In this document: one piece after another, positions 13,280-24,779 of the stretch | Layout: each line of letters starts with the position of its first letter | Position numbering within the stretch: the first letter of the stretch is position 1 | Assembly: GCA_025201805.1 (NCBI GenBank) | Contig: MU619249.1 | Location: forward strand, 166,584-230,583 | DNA: 64,000 nucleotides | Reading direction: 5' to 3' | Origin: Parasitella parasitica NRRL 2501 | Lineage: Eukaryota; Fungi; Mucoromycota | Made by a program: the position numbers and the translations under genes | The notes under the pieces: model-generated | Database searches by the model: none | What the model was told of the DNA's origin: nothing | The model's input: the letters and a program-made list of their open reading frames with translations, nothing else

Positions 13280-14070
13280 CTATTTACCGTATTAGTATCA
13301 TATAAATTCTATTTAGTAATAATAAAGAAAAGAACCTATAATTAATTACATTGTAACAACATTGTCATTTTCAAAGCTGATATAACCCGTGCACACAGAA
13401 AATTACCAATAACAGGTTATCTGTCCACACAACTGCCCATGAACACATCTGCCCGGATGTGTTGCCAAAGTAGCTTTTTAACTGAAATAGTTTGATGAGG
13501 GGGAGGGGGGGACACAATGTGGACTTGACACAAGCAGTGAACATTTAACGAAACACTGACAGCTGTTGGATGAATAGTATGCTTTGAAAAATAATGTGTA
13601 TTGGAAGCTAGTATTGTTATTACTTTTCAGGGCCGTGTAGATCTGAACAAAATTGCCGGCTTCATTTAAGACTTAAATTTTTAGAGCCTTCAAAGAAGAT
13701 ATTACTTGTAGTAAGGTAAAAAAAAAAGGGGGGGGCGTGGAGCAATTGAATTTCGTCAAGCCTTTGGGGATGTAAAATTTGCATTTTACTGATAAAAATT
13801 ATACAGTTGAGTTGCGATGCAGCATTAATTTTTGTACATTTGATAAATTACCGTTCACGAAAGTATCTTATTAAGATATCTTGTTTCAAGATATCATGAG
13901 AAAGAGTATTCTCCACATTCAATCTCCACATTCCGTTTTTGTACAGTTGTCTAGACAGATCATCATTACTGGAATCTTTTGGTTTAGGCAGTTGACCAAC
14001 TTTGAAGTCATTTTTATATATGATAAGGGCGAATCTAATCTACATTTTATTTATCATAGATGTATCAAAG

Positions 14071-14180
14071 TAGTGGCAGTAGCGGGAAAAGTAACAGTAG
14101 TGGTAGTAATAATAATAGTAGTAGTAGTAATAGTAGTAATAACAATAGTAATAGTAGTAGCTGCATCAGTAGCAGTAGTA
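14071..14180. repeat. Imperfect (TAG/TAA/TGG)n trinucleotide low-complexity tract downstream of BUD6
   Basis: tagtagtagtagtaatagtagtaataacaatagtaatagtagtag visible directly. Confidence 0.7.
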
Positions 14181-14201
14181 TTTAGCATTATATAATGAAG
14201 T

Positions 14202-17176
14202 TTAGCCTTCTGTTGGTTGGTCTTCTGTTGTTGCAACTGTTTCAACTGCAGTCTCATCAGACACTGTGGAACTGGAAGGCGCCAATGCACCACGAACGGT
14301 AGCAGCTGCCCTTTTTTCAGCAAACATGGCCTTCATCATCTCCTCGTCTTTTTGTTTACGCAATCTATCAATCTCCATGGTTCCACCTGTCTTCTTCAGC
14401 TTTTTAGTTTCGACAAAGCCAACCAGTTCCTTTTCGAAATCATCTATTCGAGTCGCTAGCTCTCTCTGTCTCAATTTCTCTGCCTGTTCTAGGGCACGTA
14501 AGCGACGAGTATGGTCAACATCGATGGAAGAAACCTGTTTGAATACGCTAGACATGCCCTCAAAACCCTCCTCGGCTGGTGCTACTCTGAATTCGCGCGG
14601 CTGTGGTCTAGCATTAGCCTGGTAAGCGTAGATTTTTTCCAACTGCTCAAACACCTCCAACAAAGCATCCAAATCATCCTTCATATCTGACAACAAATAC
14701 TCTTGGTCTTTCAGTGTTTGCTGCTCCTTGACAATGGTCTGCAGCTCCAACTCCCACGTCTTTTTCCATCTTGGCTTCACTTGAGCAATGTATTTGCCAA
14801 ACTCCTCGATTTCTTGCGAAAGCGCCTTGCGCTCGTTTGCGCAGTGCGTCATTTGAGCTTCGGAAGGACGGCATTTGCGTTGAGTTACATCCAGCTTGAG
14901 CTGGTCGATGGTATCTTGGAGCTCTTCCAGGCGACTGGTTACTTTGTCAGATTTCTCTAATAGCATCGTTTTACCCTCTTCCAGCGTAGACCGAGCAGTG
15001 GAGGTTTGGCTCAGCTCTGCGTCTGCCTTCTTTAGAGCCTCCTCCTTGACAGCTTCTGCTTTTTCTTTGATTTCTGCAACGACTGCCGCTGTACCATCAC
15101 GGAGCTCTCTTTCTAATTGACGAAGGACAGCAACATCTCGACGCAGCGTTTCAATTTCTAATAGTTGGGCATCAAATTGCTCTTTGGATATCGCGGGTCT
15201 TACTGAATTCACTACAGCCAAGGTAGTGGTTGTGGTAGTCTCGGGTAAAGCAGTACTCGGATTTGGCTTTATCTCTTTTTCATCTTCTACATTTTTGTCC
15301 CCTGACTCTTCTTGGTGAGAGTTTAATTCTTGCTGCTGACTCAAAAGGTGTGCTGCAACTTGCTGTATCAAATTTCGCTCCTTCTCCTGATCTGCTAACT
15401 GAGTGTTGGCGTTGGACTCCAAGATTTGCTTTTTGATGTCATCCATTTGCTCTGTAAACATGCGGCGAGTTTCGCCAAGCTCCTTGTTGAATGCGGCGGT
15501 GACCTGATTGAGCCATTCCTTTTGGTCTTCTTTTTCTTTAAAAAAGTAAAACATGATTAGTATAAAACCGAGAATGTACCTGAATATATATATACGATAC
15601 GCTACCATTGATATTAAAAGACAGCATGGATTTATCGCCAACTTCTGACAAGTCGACTAATTCGTAAGACACGCCAACAACAGGATCTCGGATGTATATT
15701 TTGGGGAAATCGTTTTGTCCAACAGAATAGCTGAATTTCTCCAGGAATAACATGTTCAAAGCAGGAATGCTGATTTCGCCGCTGTATTTGACCTTTTGTA
15801 CTTCTTTTCCTATCTGCAGAAACAGGGTTATTTCTGCAATGTAAACATTGTCAGTCTCGTTAAATAGATCTCGATGTTTTCATTCACACAAATACCTCCA
15901 TCTTCTGCGTGATTATCTCCTTCTTTTGCTTCTGGTACTGTGTTTAAATTGTCGGGTGCAGTTGTCGTAGATGTGGCGACTGTATAATCCACGTTTTTCA
16001 ACGGCAAATGCTTGTGCACGGGCAATGAAGGTACAGGAGGCACATTACTGTTTTCATAGACAGGCTGAAACATTTGCTGTCCCTTGGCTCTTGATATACT
16101 GCCTCCGCTATACTCACCACCAGCTCTGAACATGGAAGCACGGCGCACTGACGATCGACGGGCTAAATTCTCTTGTCTCTTCAACGCTGCCAATGCACTG
16201 GCTGTGTTGGCATCGCTTTCGTCAAACGGTTGCATGTTTTGTCGAGGAAGGGGAGTTGTTGTGGAAGCAGCAGGAATAATAGGAGGTGGTGGGGGCGGCG
16301 GGGGAGTTGGCATCTGCTGGATATTACTGCGATTTGAGGAGGTGGAGCGACTATGTAATGGTAATGGCTGGTTTTGCATATTAGGCGAATTGGAAGGAGA
16401 ATATGACCTATGCGTCGAGCTATTGCGTGGCATTATGCGAGATGAGAGGTCATTGGTAGGCATTGATGGACGTGGCATGCCACCTGACCATGGCTCGTAT
16501 TCTGCAGAGGGGCCCATGCTGGGCGAAATGGGAGGGTAAGGCGGTAAAGGAGGAGATGACGGTGGCTGTGGATGCATAATAATACGTTGAGAGTTGCTGC
16601 TTCTGTTCAAGGCAGCCAAAGGTACCTCTCTGTTCCAAGAATCCGTGTTGTTGGATCTAATAGATCCACGTGATTCTCTTCCTCGCTCCCTCAGTGTAGC
16701 TTGTTTGCTTTTCAGACCCTGCAATAACAGGACAATGACTTCTCGAATACCAGGGAGCCACTTGTCCAATGTGCTCGGGGAAGGCAGTTCCAGCATGGTT
16801 TCTGAAACTGAATTTCGAAGGTTTTGAGGAATGTATTGTAAATCGCTACAGTAAAAGAAAGCTGTGAGTATGCAAAATTTATAGCCTGCTTGACCCTATC
16901 AATTTACTCCATAGGCACGCCTGCTTCTTCAAATGTTTGAGAGACTAAAAAGAACTGTCTTTCTAGTATGTCGCAAATTTCAAAAATCTCTGTGTTTGTT
17001 CGACGGTGAAGAGACCACTGAGTCAGGGCTTCAAGCAAACTTTTGGTGGTCCTTAGCAGGTTGGTCACCACCTGCTCTATCTCGCCCGACTACAGAAAAT
17101 GTATGATTAGCAGGGGGACATCTGAAGCTTCCTCGCCTCTTCTTACCATGCCAGATGTGCTGTTTGCTCTTCTCAT
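14202..17176 (-). CDS. BUD6: Bud6/Aip3 actin-interacting polarity protein, multi-exon
   Basis: N-terminal IEQVVTNLLRTTKSLLEALTQWS; ALAALKRQENLARRSSVRR; LFLQIG; FPKIYIRDP; LRRDVAVLRQ; VKPRWKKTWELELQ and RLRALEQAEK of the AIP3 domain. Confidence 0.9.
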
Positions 17177-18061
17177 TATATATTATAAGCCAGGTAGTTT
17201 GAAAGAAGAAGGGGAAAAGGAAAACGAGCGTTGGAGAAACAATTAAGGATTATTGTAGATTCAACCGCCCTTTCTAAATGTTTATAAATAAAACGTCGCC
17301 GCAGTTACACAGAGTGAAAACAAGTCTAGTTACAATGTAGAAGGTTTGGTGCAAAACTACCTAAATCCTTTGGGTGGGTAGATAGACTATAAAACGGGGA
17401 GTCAGTGTTTGCAAAAAGAGTATATAAAGTGAATTTTGTATATTCTCAACAATAGGTATGCTTGCTATAAAAAAGGCTATAAATATGTTGATGAGCCCTG
17501 GGATTGAGTGTTTTAATAATCATCAGAAATTCTACCCGAGTGTCTCTATTATGGTACTATGGAGCTTATAGTCTCTCCTTCTACGCATCGAAAATGAATT
17601 TAGAGTTGATAACACAAGGAGCGCCCTGTGAAACACTGTTGACATACTTTGGTGAGCAATAGCACCGCTGCTGCTGTATGCAAATGAACCAAACAGTACC
17701 TTCTTATACAAAGTCACCAAAATAAGGTTGCTATCTTTAATCACTCGGCCCCAACAACAATAATGTCTACAATGAATATCATGAGCCTCTCCTTAATCAT
17801 ATTCCAGGAAAAAATTTAAACTCGAATTCAGGTCAGACAAGTGCACATGGAATCGACTCACAATGAGCGTTGATGTGAGTAAAATAAATCATATGAAAAG
17901 CCCATCATGCCAGATGTCAGATGAGTTGCTCATTATAATCAAATTTGGCAAATGCACACTATAGTTGCTGCGCAACTTTGCTTTGTACGAACTCACACAA
18001 CACATGCGGTACATATCTTGTTTATTATTTTACAGTAAAAGTGATGTTAGCCAGCCTTCAT

Positions 18062-19411
18062 CTAGACCCAAATCATAATCTTGACTTGCACAGAACTCAC
18101 GCAGTGCTTTTCCAAAAGAAAAATACTGAACAGCAAATTCACTAAATTTCTGTCGCAATTCGTCTCTCTCAAAGAGCGATTCTCCTCGATCCAATTTTGC
18201 TTGACTTCTTGGATTTCTTTAGACGCATTTTCCCTGATAGCTGTCAGGCTCCTTTGCAAATCAGACATCCTTTTTTCGCAATCTTCTTCTTGTCTCTGAA
18301 GCCTACGATTTGTCTCCAGAGATGTTTTTAATGCTGCCTTTATCAGGTTCTTTGCTTCCTTCATTGCATCCAGGTCTGATTCCAGCTTGATTTTTTCTTG
18401 TCTCGAGATATTCAACTCTTTTACCGCATTTTGTTGGACCTCATTACGTTCCAAAAGCGCTTCAAGTCGATGCTCTCTTGTTGCCGAATCTTCAAGCCGG
18501 ATTTCGAGATTTTTAATATAGGTTTTGGCGTTGGTCTCTTCTGTAAGTCCAGCACTGACTATGGACATCTCACGGTACACGGCTACGAGACAATAGTACT
18601 TTTCCTGCAGATCGCGATATCGAGTCTTCAGTTCAGTTCAGCTCAATTTCTCCAGATTTTCAGGTGTTGAATGTCGGTCGTCTTTCACGTCAGTGTCATC
18701 AAAAGATCCCAACTTATTGCAAGCAGTACAATTTGATTTGTTTGTCAATTTGAAATGCTGCTGGAATAGCATCAGGTTTTGGTGGGCAACATGTTGTTCC
18801 AAATTCGCGCAATTCTCTTTGGACACGGTAAGTTTTTTCGCTTGTTTCTCGTTGGCTAGCTTTAGTTTTGCTATTGTCGATCCAGCTTCGTTGATTTGAA
18901 GAATAAGTTCCGTGTGCGATAGCTTAACCCTCGCCAAATCCTTGAGAGCCGAATCCAGCTTGCTCTTATTCTGCTTTGACACTTTTACTGAATATTAAAA
19001 ATCACGCCGAACCATTGTGGCTTGATTAGACACAATGTCTAGCTCCTTTTCAAGGGCTCTTACACGATTATTAGCGGCTTCAAGTTCTTCCTTCAACTCT
19101 CTGCATTTTTTGTTGTTGTTGCCATTGTCAGTGGTCAAGTACACACGATAATACGGTTGTTGTCTGTGATGTTGGTGGTCGTATATCTTTTTGCGACAGA
19201 TTGGGCAGTTGCCGCTTATTGCCAAACATTTTAACGCACTGAAGATGGGGGGGGGGTTTGTATCAGAAATAGAAAAAAAAGTTTTTTGATCGTGTTGCGA
19301 TTTTACAGAGCGTCTTTCTTACCAATCTTCATCGAAAATATGACCACAGTTTGTAAACGCTATTAAGGAATCTCCTGCTTCATCTAAGCAAATGCTGCAG
19401 ATAGTTTTCAT
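18062..19411 (-). pseudogene. RING-finger plus long coiled-coil gene (TRAIP-like architecture) interrupted by two in-frame stops
   Basis: Spliced N-terminus MKTICSICLDE...CGHIFDEDC...NCPICRK. ORFs 18995-19225, 18638-18982 and 18062-18580 are in one frame, separated only by TAA (18995-18997) and TGA (18638-18640). 3' end uncertain. Confidence 0.65.
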
Positions 19412-20318
19412 TTGAGTTTCAATAAGATACGCAAAACAAAAAAAGCTTTTATAGCGATAATTCGCAGTTTGTTCACATAACTCGCTGGCAGTTTGTCCAC
19501 ATCGCTCATGCCACACAAGTTTTGAAAAATTGTGAAACCATGTCCAATTTCGGAAGTGCACATATTTTTTTGTATAATTTTCTGTACCTTTTCTTGAAAA
19601 TGGAAAGATTCAACGCTGACTTCTCGAAAATTATTCCTCATTGTTTTGTGTTTATTTTATTATGTCGTTGTTGTCATTATCTACTTAATCAGAATATGTA
19701 CGTCATAACATTAACGAATATTTTGGTCGCGATGTCTAAAAATTCTTTAATTCATCAATTTTACAAGGGTTTGAAATATACCAAATCCTGGTTGCATTTC
19801 TAAGTGGAAATGATTTATGATACTTATAAAAAAAACCATTAATAGACCTCTTAAATGAACAAATTCTGCAAAGAGGCTATAGAAATGGCTGCATTATTTC
19901 AGAAATTGTGTAAATAGCAGTATCCACTCGCTTAGTTCATCGAAATCACAAAGAGTGATTGTGCATTTTGTGATTGTCTTTATGTACAAAAAAAGTCGAT
20001 TCATTAGAGCTACAAATGTAATGAAAATGAAGAGCTGTGCAACAATGTCATCTGATTAGGCTATGACACTCATCATACCTCCAGGTACGATATGCAATCG
20101 TTAAAATCAAAATAGAGTTGTGACATTATTTAAGCAATACTTTGGTATTATCATATGTAAAAAGACAAAAAAAAATATGCGAGCCCAATATGCTGATAGT
20201 CATAAAAAGTTATTTTGCAAGACAATGTACAATGAACTTAATTAAAAGCTTCTTTGTGTTAACACACTTCAAAAAAGGGAACGCTTGGATGCTTCATTAG
20301 TTAATCAGTTATTAATTT

Positions 20319-20331
20319 TATATAAAATGCA
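20319..20331 (+). promoter_or_regulatory. TATA box of secreted-protein paralog A
   Basis: TATATAAAATGCA about 107 nt before the ATG; equivalents precede the other three paralogs. Confidence 0.6.
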
Positions 20332-20358
20332 TCAAAATTTAATTCAAAAGGAAAATAC

Positions 20359-20423
20359 AAATCAAATCAAATCAAATCAAATCAAATCAAATCAAATCAA
20401 ATCAAATCAAATCAAATCAAATC
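20359..20423 (+). repeat. (AAATC)13 microsatellite abutting the start codon
   Basis: Perfect pentamer array followed by AA-ATG at 20426. Confidence 0.95.
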
Positions 20424-20425
20424 AA

Positions 20426-20719
20426 ATGGTACTCAAGTCTTTCTCAATCGCCCTACTTTTAGCTACTGTCTCTGCTGTTTCTGCTATCCAAGCCGAGGGC
20501 TATGTGCAGATTTTTGAATATCCACAATATTTTCAAAAAACTGTTAAAAGATGCTACAAACTTAGGGACACTAGCCTCACATCTGTTCAAGTACAAAATT
20601 TGAGTAATTACAATGTCAGAGTATTTGTAAACAATCGTTGCTCAGGTGAATCCACAGTGATACCTTCTGGTAAATTAGATAAAATTCCCGGTTTACATCA
20701 ATCTTGGAGATTGGAGTAA
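20426..20719 (+). CDS. Small secreted 2-Cys protein, paralog A (97 aa)
   Basis: Signal peptide MVLKSFSIALLLATVSAVSA; C-x28-C; C-terminal QSWRLE; clear paralog of 23593-23901. Confidence 0.85.
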   Translation: MVLKSFSIALLLATVSAVSAIQAEGYVQIFEYPQYFQKTVKRCYKLRDTSLTSVQVQNLSNYNVRVFVNNRCSGESTVIPSGKLDKIPGLHQSWRLE

Positions 20720-21440
20720 TCTTGAAAATATATTATAGATTGAAAAAATTTCGCCTAATAAAACGAATATCAAATATTATGCCTTGATCAGTTTTTTTTT
20801 TTTTTTTTTCTAAATTTTTCATTATCATACTTTTCAACATGGTTAATATAAGACGACATTAGACTCTGGTAACATTGATCATTCTCTTTTTTTTGTTTTT
20901 TTTTTTTTTTTTTTTTTTTTTTCTAAACTTCACTGATATATTACCAATTTTTTGCTACTGTAAATACGATTTATAAGCAAATTTATTGATCCCTATACCT
21001 GTCAGAAATTGAACCTTGTTGTTGTACCAAATATGTGCTCAGAGATGCTGTATAGAATTGGAAAAAAAATCATGAAAGCAACTTAGATTTCATCGTAGCA
21101 AAGAGATGTTCATAAACTACTGAATCCTTATAACTGTTGACTAATAGTGACAAAAAACCGTTGTTGGAAAAGTGGATACAGTCAGAGTAATGCGCTAGTA
21201 AATGAAACCTTACAATGCTACCAACTTTTCTCGTGATTACAATGATCCACCACTACGTCTCGCAAAAAAAAAAGACAATAAAACAATTCAGCTGTGCCAT
21301 ATTCTCCTTGACAAAGCATGGCAAGTGTTTGCTCATTTTCATTGTACACATGATGTTCTTCAATCCTCATTCATTAATTTTCTATAAAAGCACCAAACTT
21401 TATCGGCTCGATTGATAGAAAATATCAACACGTTATTAAA

Positions 21441-21848
21441 ATGTTACTGAAGTCTCTGTCAATTGCATTACTTTTCACTGCGACCTCTTCTGTGTCTGCT
21501 AACGCAATTCCCTCTGTCCCTTCTACTGCCCTTCCTTCTGTCCCTTCTACTTCCCTTCCATCTGTTTCCTCTACTGCCTCGTCTCCTGTCCCCACCGCTA
21601 AACTCGATGGTACTCAAGTCGAAGGCTATCTTATAATCTGGGAGAATCCCCAATATGATAGTAAAACTATTGGAGAATGTTTCCCAATCGACTATAAAGA
21701 CAGGGGTATCAGATGGCAAAACCTTAGTAACCGTAATGCTACGTTTTATAAAGGTAGTCTTTGTGAACTCGATCCCCAGCCAGCATCAAACTTAAATAGC
21801 ACCTACCAGATGCTCTCAGGAGACTATAAATCTTGGAAATTTGTTTAA
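21441..21848 (+). CDS. Small secreted 2-Cys protein, paralog B (135 aa) with P/S/T-rich repeat linker
   Basis: Signal peptide MLLKSLSIALLFTATSSVSA; (PSVPST)-type repeats; EGY..I.E.PQY..KT...C, QNLSN and KSWK shared with paralog A. Confidence 0.82.
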   Translation: MLLKSLSIALLFTATSSVSANAIPSVPSTALPSVPSTSLPSVSSTASSPVPTAKLDGTQVEGYLIIWENPQYDSKTIGECFPIDYKDRGIRWQNLSNRNATFYKGSLCELDPQPASNLNSTYQMLSGDYKSWKFV

Positions 21849-22009
21849 TTCAAATAGATATGTAGTGCTTGATCTATAAAAAATTAAAATATTTTAATAT
21901 ATGTGTGAAAGTAGCAATAAAATTAGTTTTGCCAAAATGGCAAAATTTTTGTTGGCATCGTATCAAAGCGGGCTAGATTGGATTGCACATTACAAGGGTA
22001 AAGTAACAT

Positions 22010-22594
22010 TTATACCTTCACCATTAACCTAAGTTGCAGCTCTTTTGTATGAAGGATATTTGCCAGCTTGGATTGGCCATAGGTATTGGCAGGGCTGTGT
22101 ATTTTCTCTGCATTCAAGTTGTCAAAATCAATACCAGCACTATCTGAAAACTGACTATTTTCGCTTGAACCAACAATGAGTACATGAGAAGAAGCACTTG
22201 AATTTAATGTGTCAGTCAATAAACTTGTGAGATAAAAGTAGCCGGGATGATTGATACTGGATTGTGTCTCAAACCTGTCTTTGCTGTAAGACCTAGGCAC
22301 AAGACATGATACCAGAATTGTTGACAAAAATGCATTAGCAAAAACTTTAATAGAGGAAAGGTCAGACAAGTCGAGTTGCATAAACATCAAGCCGGCTTGT
22401 GGTATAGTCTATTTCATTAATATTCTCGACAGCTCTATTTGTTTTTCAAGTGTTTCGCGAAGGAAGATGGCTTTAGATCCTACAGAAAAAAGTACACGAG
22501 CTGTTTCCTCAGAATTTGATCCAGTACTATTGACAACTTTACCTGTCAGACCTGTTTTGTAAAACTGAGCAGTATTTTTGCCAGCGGTAGGCAT
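22010..22594 (-). pseudogene. Decayed RDH/WWOX-like short-chain dehydrogenase
   Basis: Fragments LTGKVV..TGSNS-EETARVL (TGxxxGxG eroded), LDLSDLSSIK.FA, D.FETQ..INH.GYFYLT.LL and YGQSKLANIL. NNAG is absent and the frames are broken. Confidence 0.75.
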
Positions 22595-23592
22595 TATTCA
22601 ACTGAAGAAAAATAAAAACTTAATTGACCTGTGTACATGGAACTTGGATATAGGATTGTACAAAATATCAATTCCTTCAAATGGTAATCTATGCCCGAAA
22701 GATGATAGTGGCTACAGCATTGAAAGGACTTGTAATAAATAGAATCTGGAGCACAAATGCTAGAAACTACGAAAAGATTGCCTGATAAGACATCCGTAGT
22801 TAGACATTGATGAGATATGTCTAGTCATCCAAAAATAAGTTCGATTGGTACTCAATATAAATGAGCATAATTCAACAATCAATAAATGATATTCTTTGTT
22901 CTATAGAACTACGGTACATCATCTCATTATCTCAGATGTTGCATTTGAGTATCTGTATATAATTTTATGAAGGATTTGGAAGAATGAATGCCCTATAATG
23001 GCATTTCCAAGTTACAAAGTTCTAAGATGCTTATAAAAACCCACGGATAGAAAAAAAAAAAAAGAAGTTTGATTAACGAGCTCTCGAAATGACTGTGTCG
23101 TTACCAAAAACTGTGTAAATATAACATCTACTAGCTTAGTTCATCGAAAACACAATCAATTATCATCAAATGAGCACGATAGGTCAATTAGTGTCTATTT
23201 GTAAAAAGAAAAAAAAGAAAAGTCGTATCAGGTTATTCCTCATGGCTCCAGGGACGATGTCTTGAAACAAAAAGTTGATAAGACCATATGTAGAAAAAAT
23301 ATGCAAATGACTCCCCCCTAAAAAGCTGATTGGTCTTGAAAGGTCATTTCGCTAAACATTGTACAATGAATTACTATGCATACCATGCTGACACAATTTA
23401 TAATCTCTTTGTATTGTTGATCATATTATAATGAATAAAATATTGTATTAATTCATGATTATTTCATTGTTTGGGATAGTATCATTACTCCTCGTATATA
23501 AAAAGCATCAAAATTGAATTCACAAAAGAAAAAAAAAACCAAACCAAACCAAACCAAACCCAATCAAGTCGAATCAAGTCGAATAAAATCAA

Positions 23593-23901
23593 ATGGTACT
23601 CAAGTCGTTCTCAATCGCGCTACTTTTAACTGCTGTCTCTGTTGTCTCTGCTATTCAGGCCCAGGGCGTTGTGCAAATTTTTGATACTGAGCAGAAATAT
23701 CAGAAGACCATTGGGAGATGCTACAAGCTTCACATCGGTGATCTCGATCACGTTGATGTAACAAATAAGAGTAATTACGATGTCAGAGTATTCGTAAACG
23801 ATAACTGTTCAGGCGATTACGTAGTGGTAGAGTACACTAATAAAGACAGGACACCAGTACTGGGTAAACGTCAGTCTTGGAAACTGGTGAAACCCCAATA
23901 A
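23593..23901 (+). CDS. Small secreted 2-Cys protein, paralog C (102 aa)
   Basis: Signal peptide 17/20 identical to paralog A; mature region about 41/77 identical by manual alignment; C-x28-C; QSWK. Confidence 0.85.
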   Translation: MVLKSFSIALLLTAVSVVSAIQAQGVVQIFDTEQKYQKTIGRCYKLHIGDLDHVDVTNKSNYDVRVFVNDNCSGDYVVVEYTNKDRTPVLGKRQSWKLVKPQ

Positions 23902-24779
23902 AACGATTATTAAACCAATTGTTTTGAATTGAGCATACGTTAAATAAAAACTGGAGTAAACTCTTATAAAAATCGAGCAAACGTTGATTTAAACAGTTTT
24001 ATTTTCTTTTCTTTTTTCATTTGACAGTGATAGAATTCACTGACATCTTATCAAGTTGTTGCCATGTACGATGTGTAAACAAGTTTGCTGATCTTTTTCT
24101 TGGAGGCAGAAAAATCGCCCTAAACCTATCAAGAGTTTTATACACAAAATGTGCGTAAGTTTGGAGCCTCGCTTAAATACGTTTGCTATCACTTTTTGAG
24201 ACTTGTATCGTTTTCTTTGACTTAATTTACTGGGATATCTTGGTTTTGATATGAATATGAATTGAAAATGGTGCTTGACTTAGTTACTTCTACGAGTATC
24301 TTTCTTCGATAGGTATCGCATGCCAGGAAGGCACATAAAGTATACTATAACTTGGTCATGTACCATTCATCACAAGTAAAATAATGAACCAGAAGAAATG
24401 GGATTCCTTTTCACGATCACAAATCAAAGTTATCCTCTCTTCCTTTACGGTTAACTTGTTTTTGTAAAAAAAAAAGTTACACTGCGGCAGCAAAGATGAA
24501 TACTAAAAATATTGCATCTCATACCGCAAAGACGTATTTGACAAGGAGTTAGGCTTTTATTAGCTTCAAATTTTAACATAACTCAATGTCTGTCTCATGA
24601 AAAAGGTCTATGTACGTTTGCATTTCAGGTTCATTTCGCCTACATACCTGAGCCATTTGCCATCTTGATATAAAACAATGCCATCTTTCCACAAAGGACG
24701 CCCAATCAAAACTTGTGCCCAAATATAAAAAATGAGAGTGTGCGATCCAGTCTTTTCTTCCTCTTGGCATCTACTCTCA

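Noticed and set aside
13442-13463. 8-bp hairpin AACACATC-N6-GATGTGTT, possible Helitron 3' end
   Set aside because: No CTRR terminus at the expected spacing; such stems arise by chance in 64 kb.
20285-20425. N-terminal extension with NQIKS repeats and possible frame-switch phase variation
   Set aside because: The upstream ATG at 20327 directly follows the TATA box and is unlikely to be transcribed; the signal peptide and paralogs place the start at 20426.
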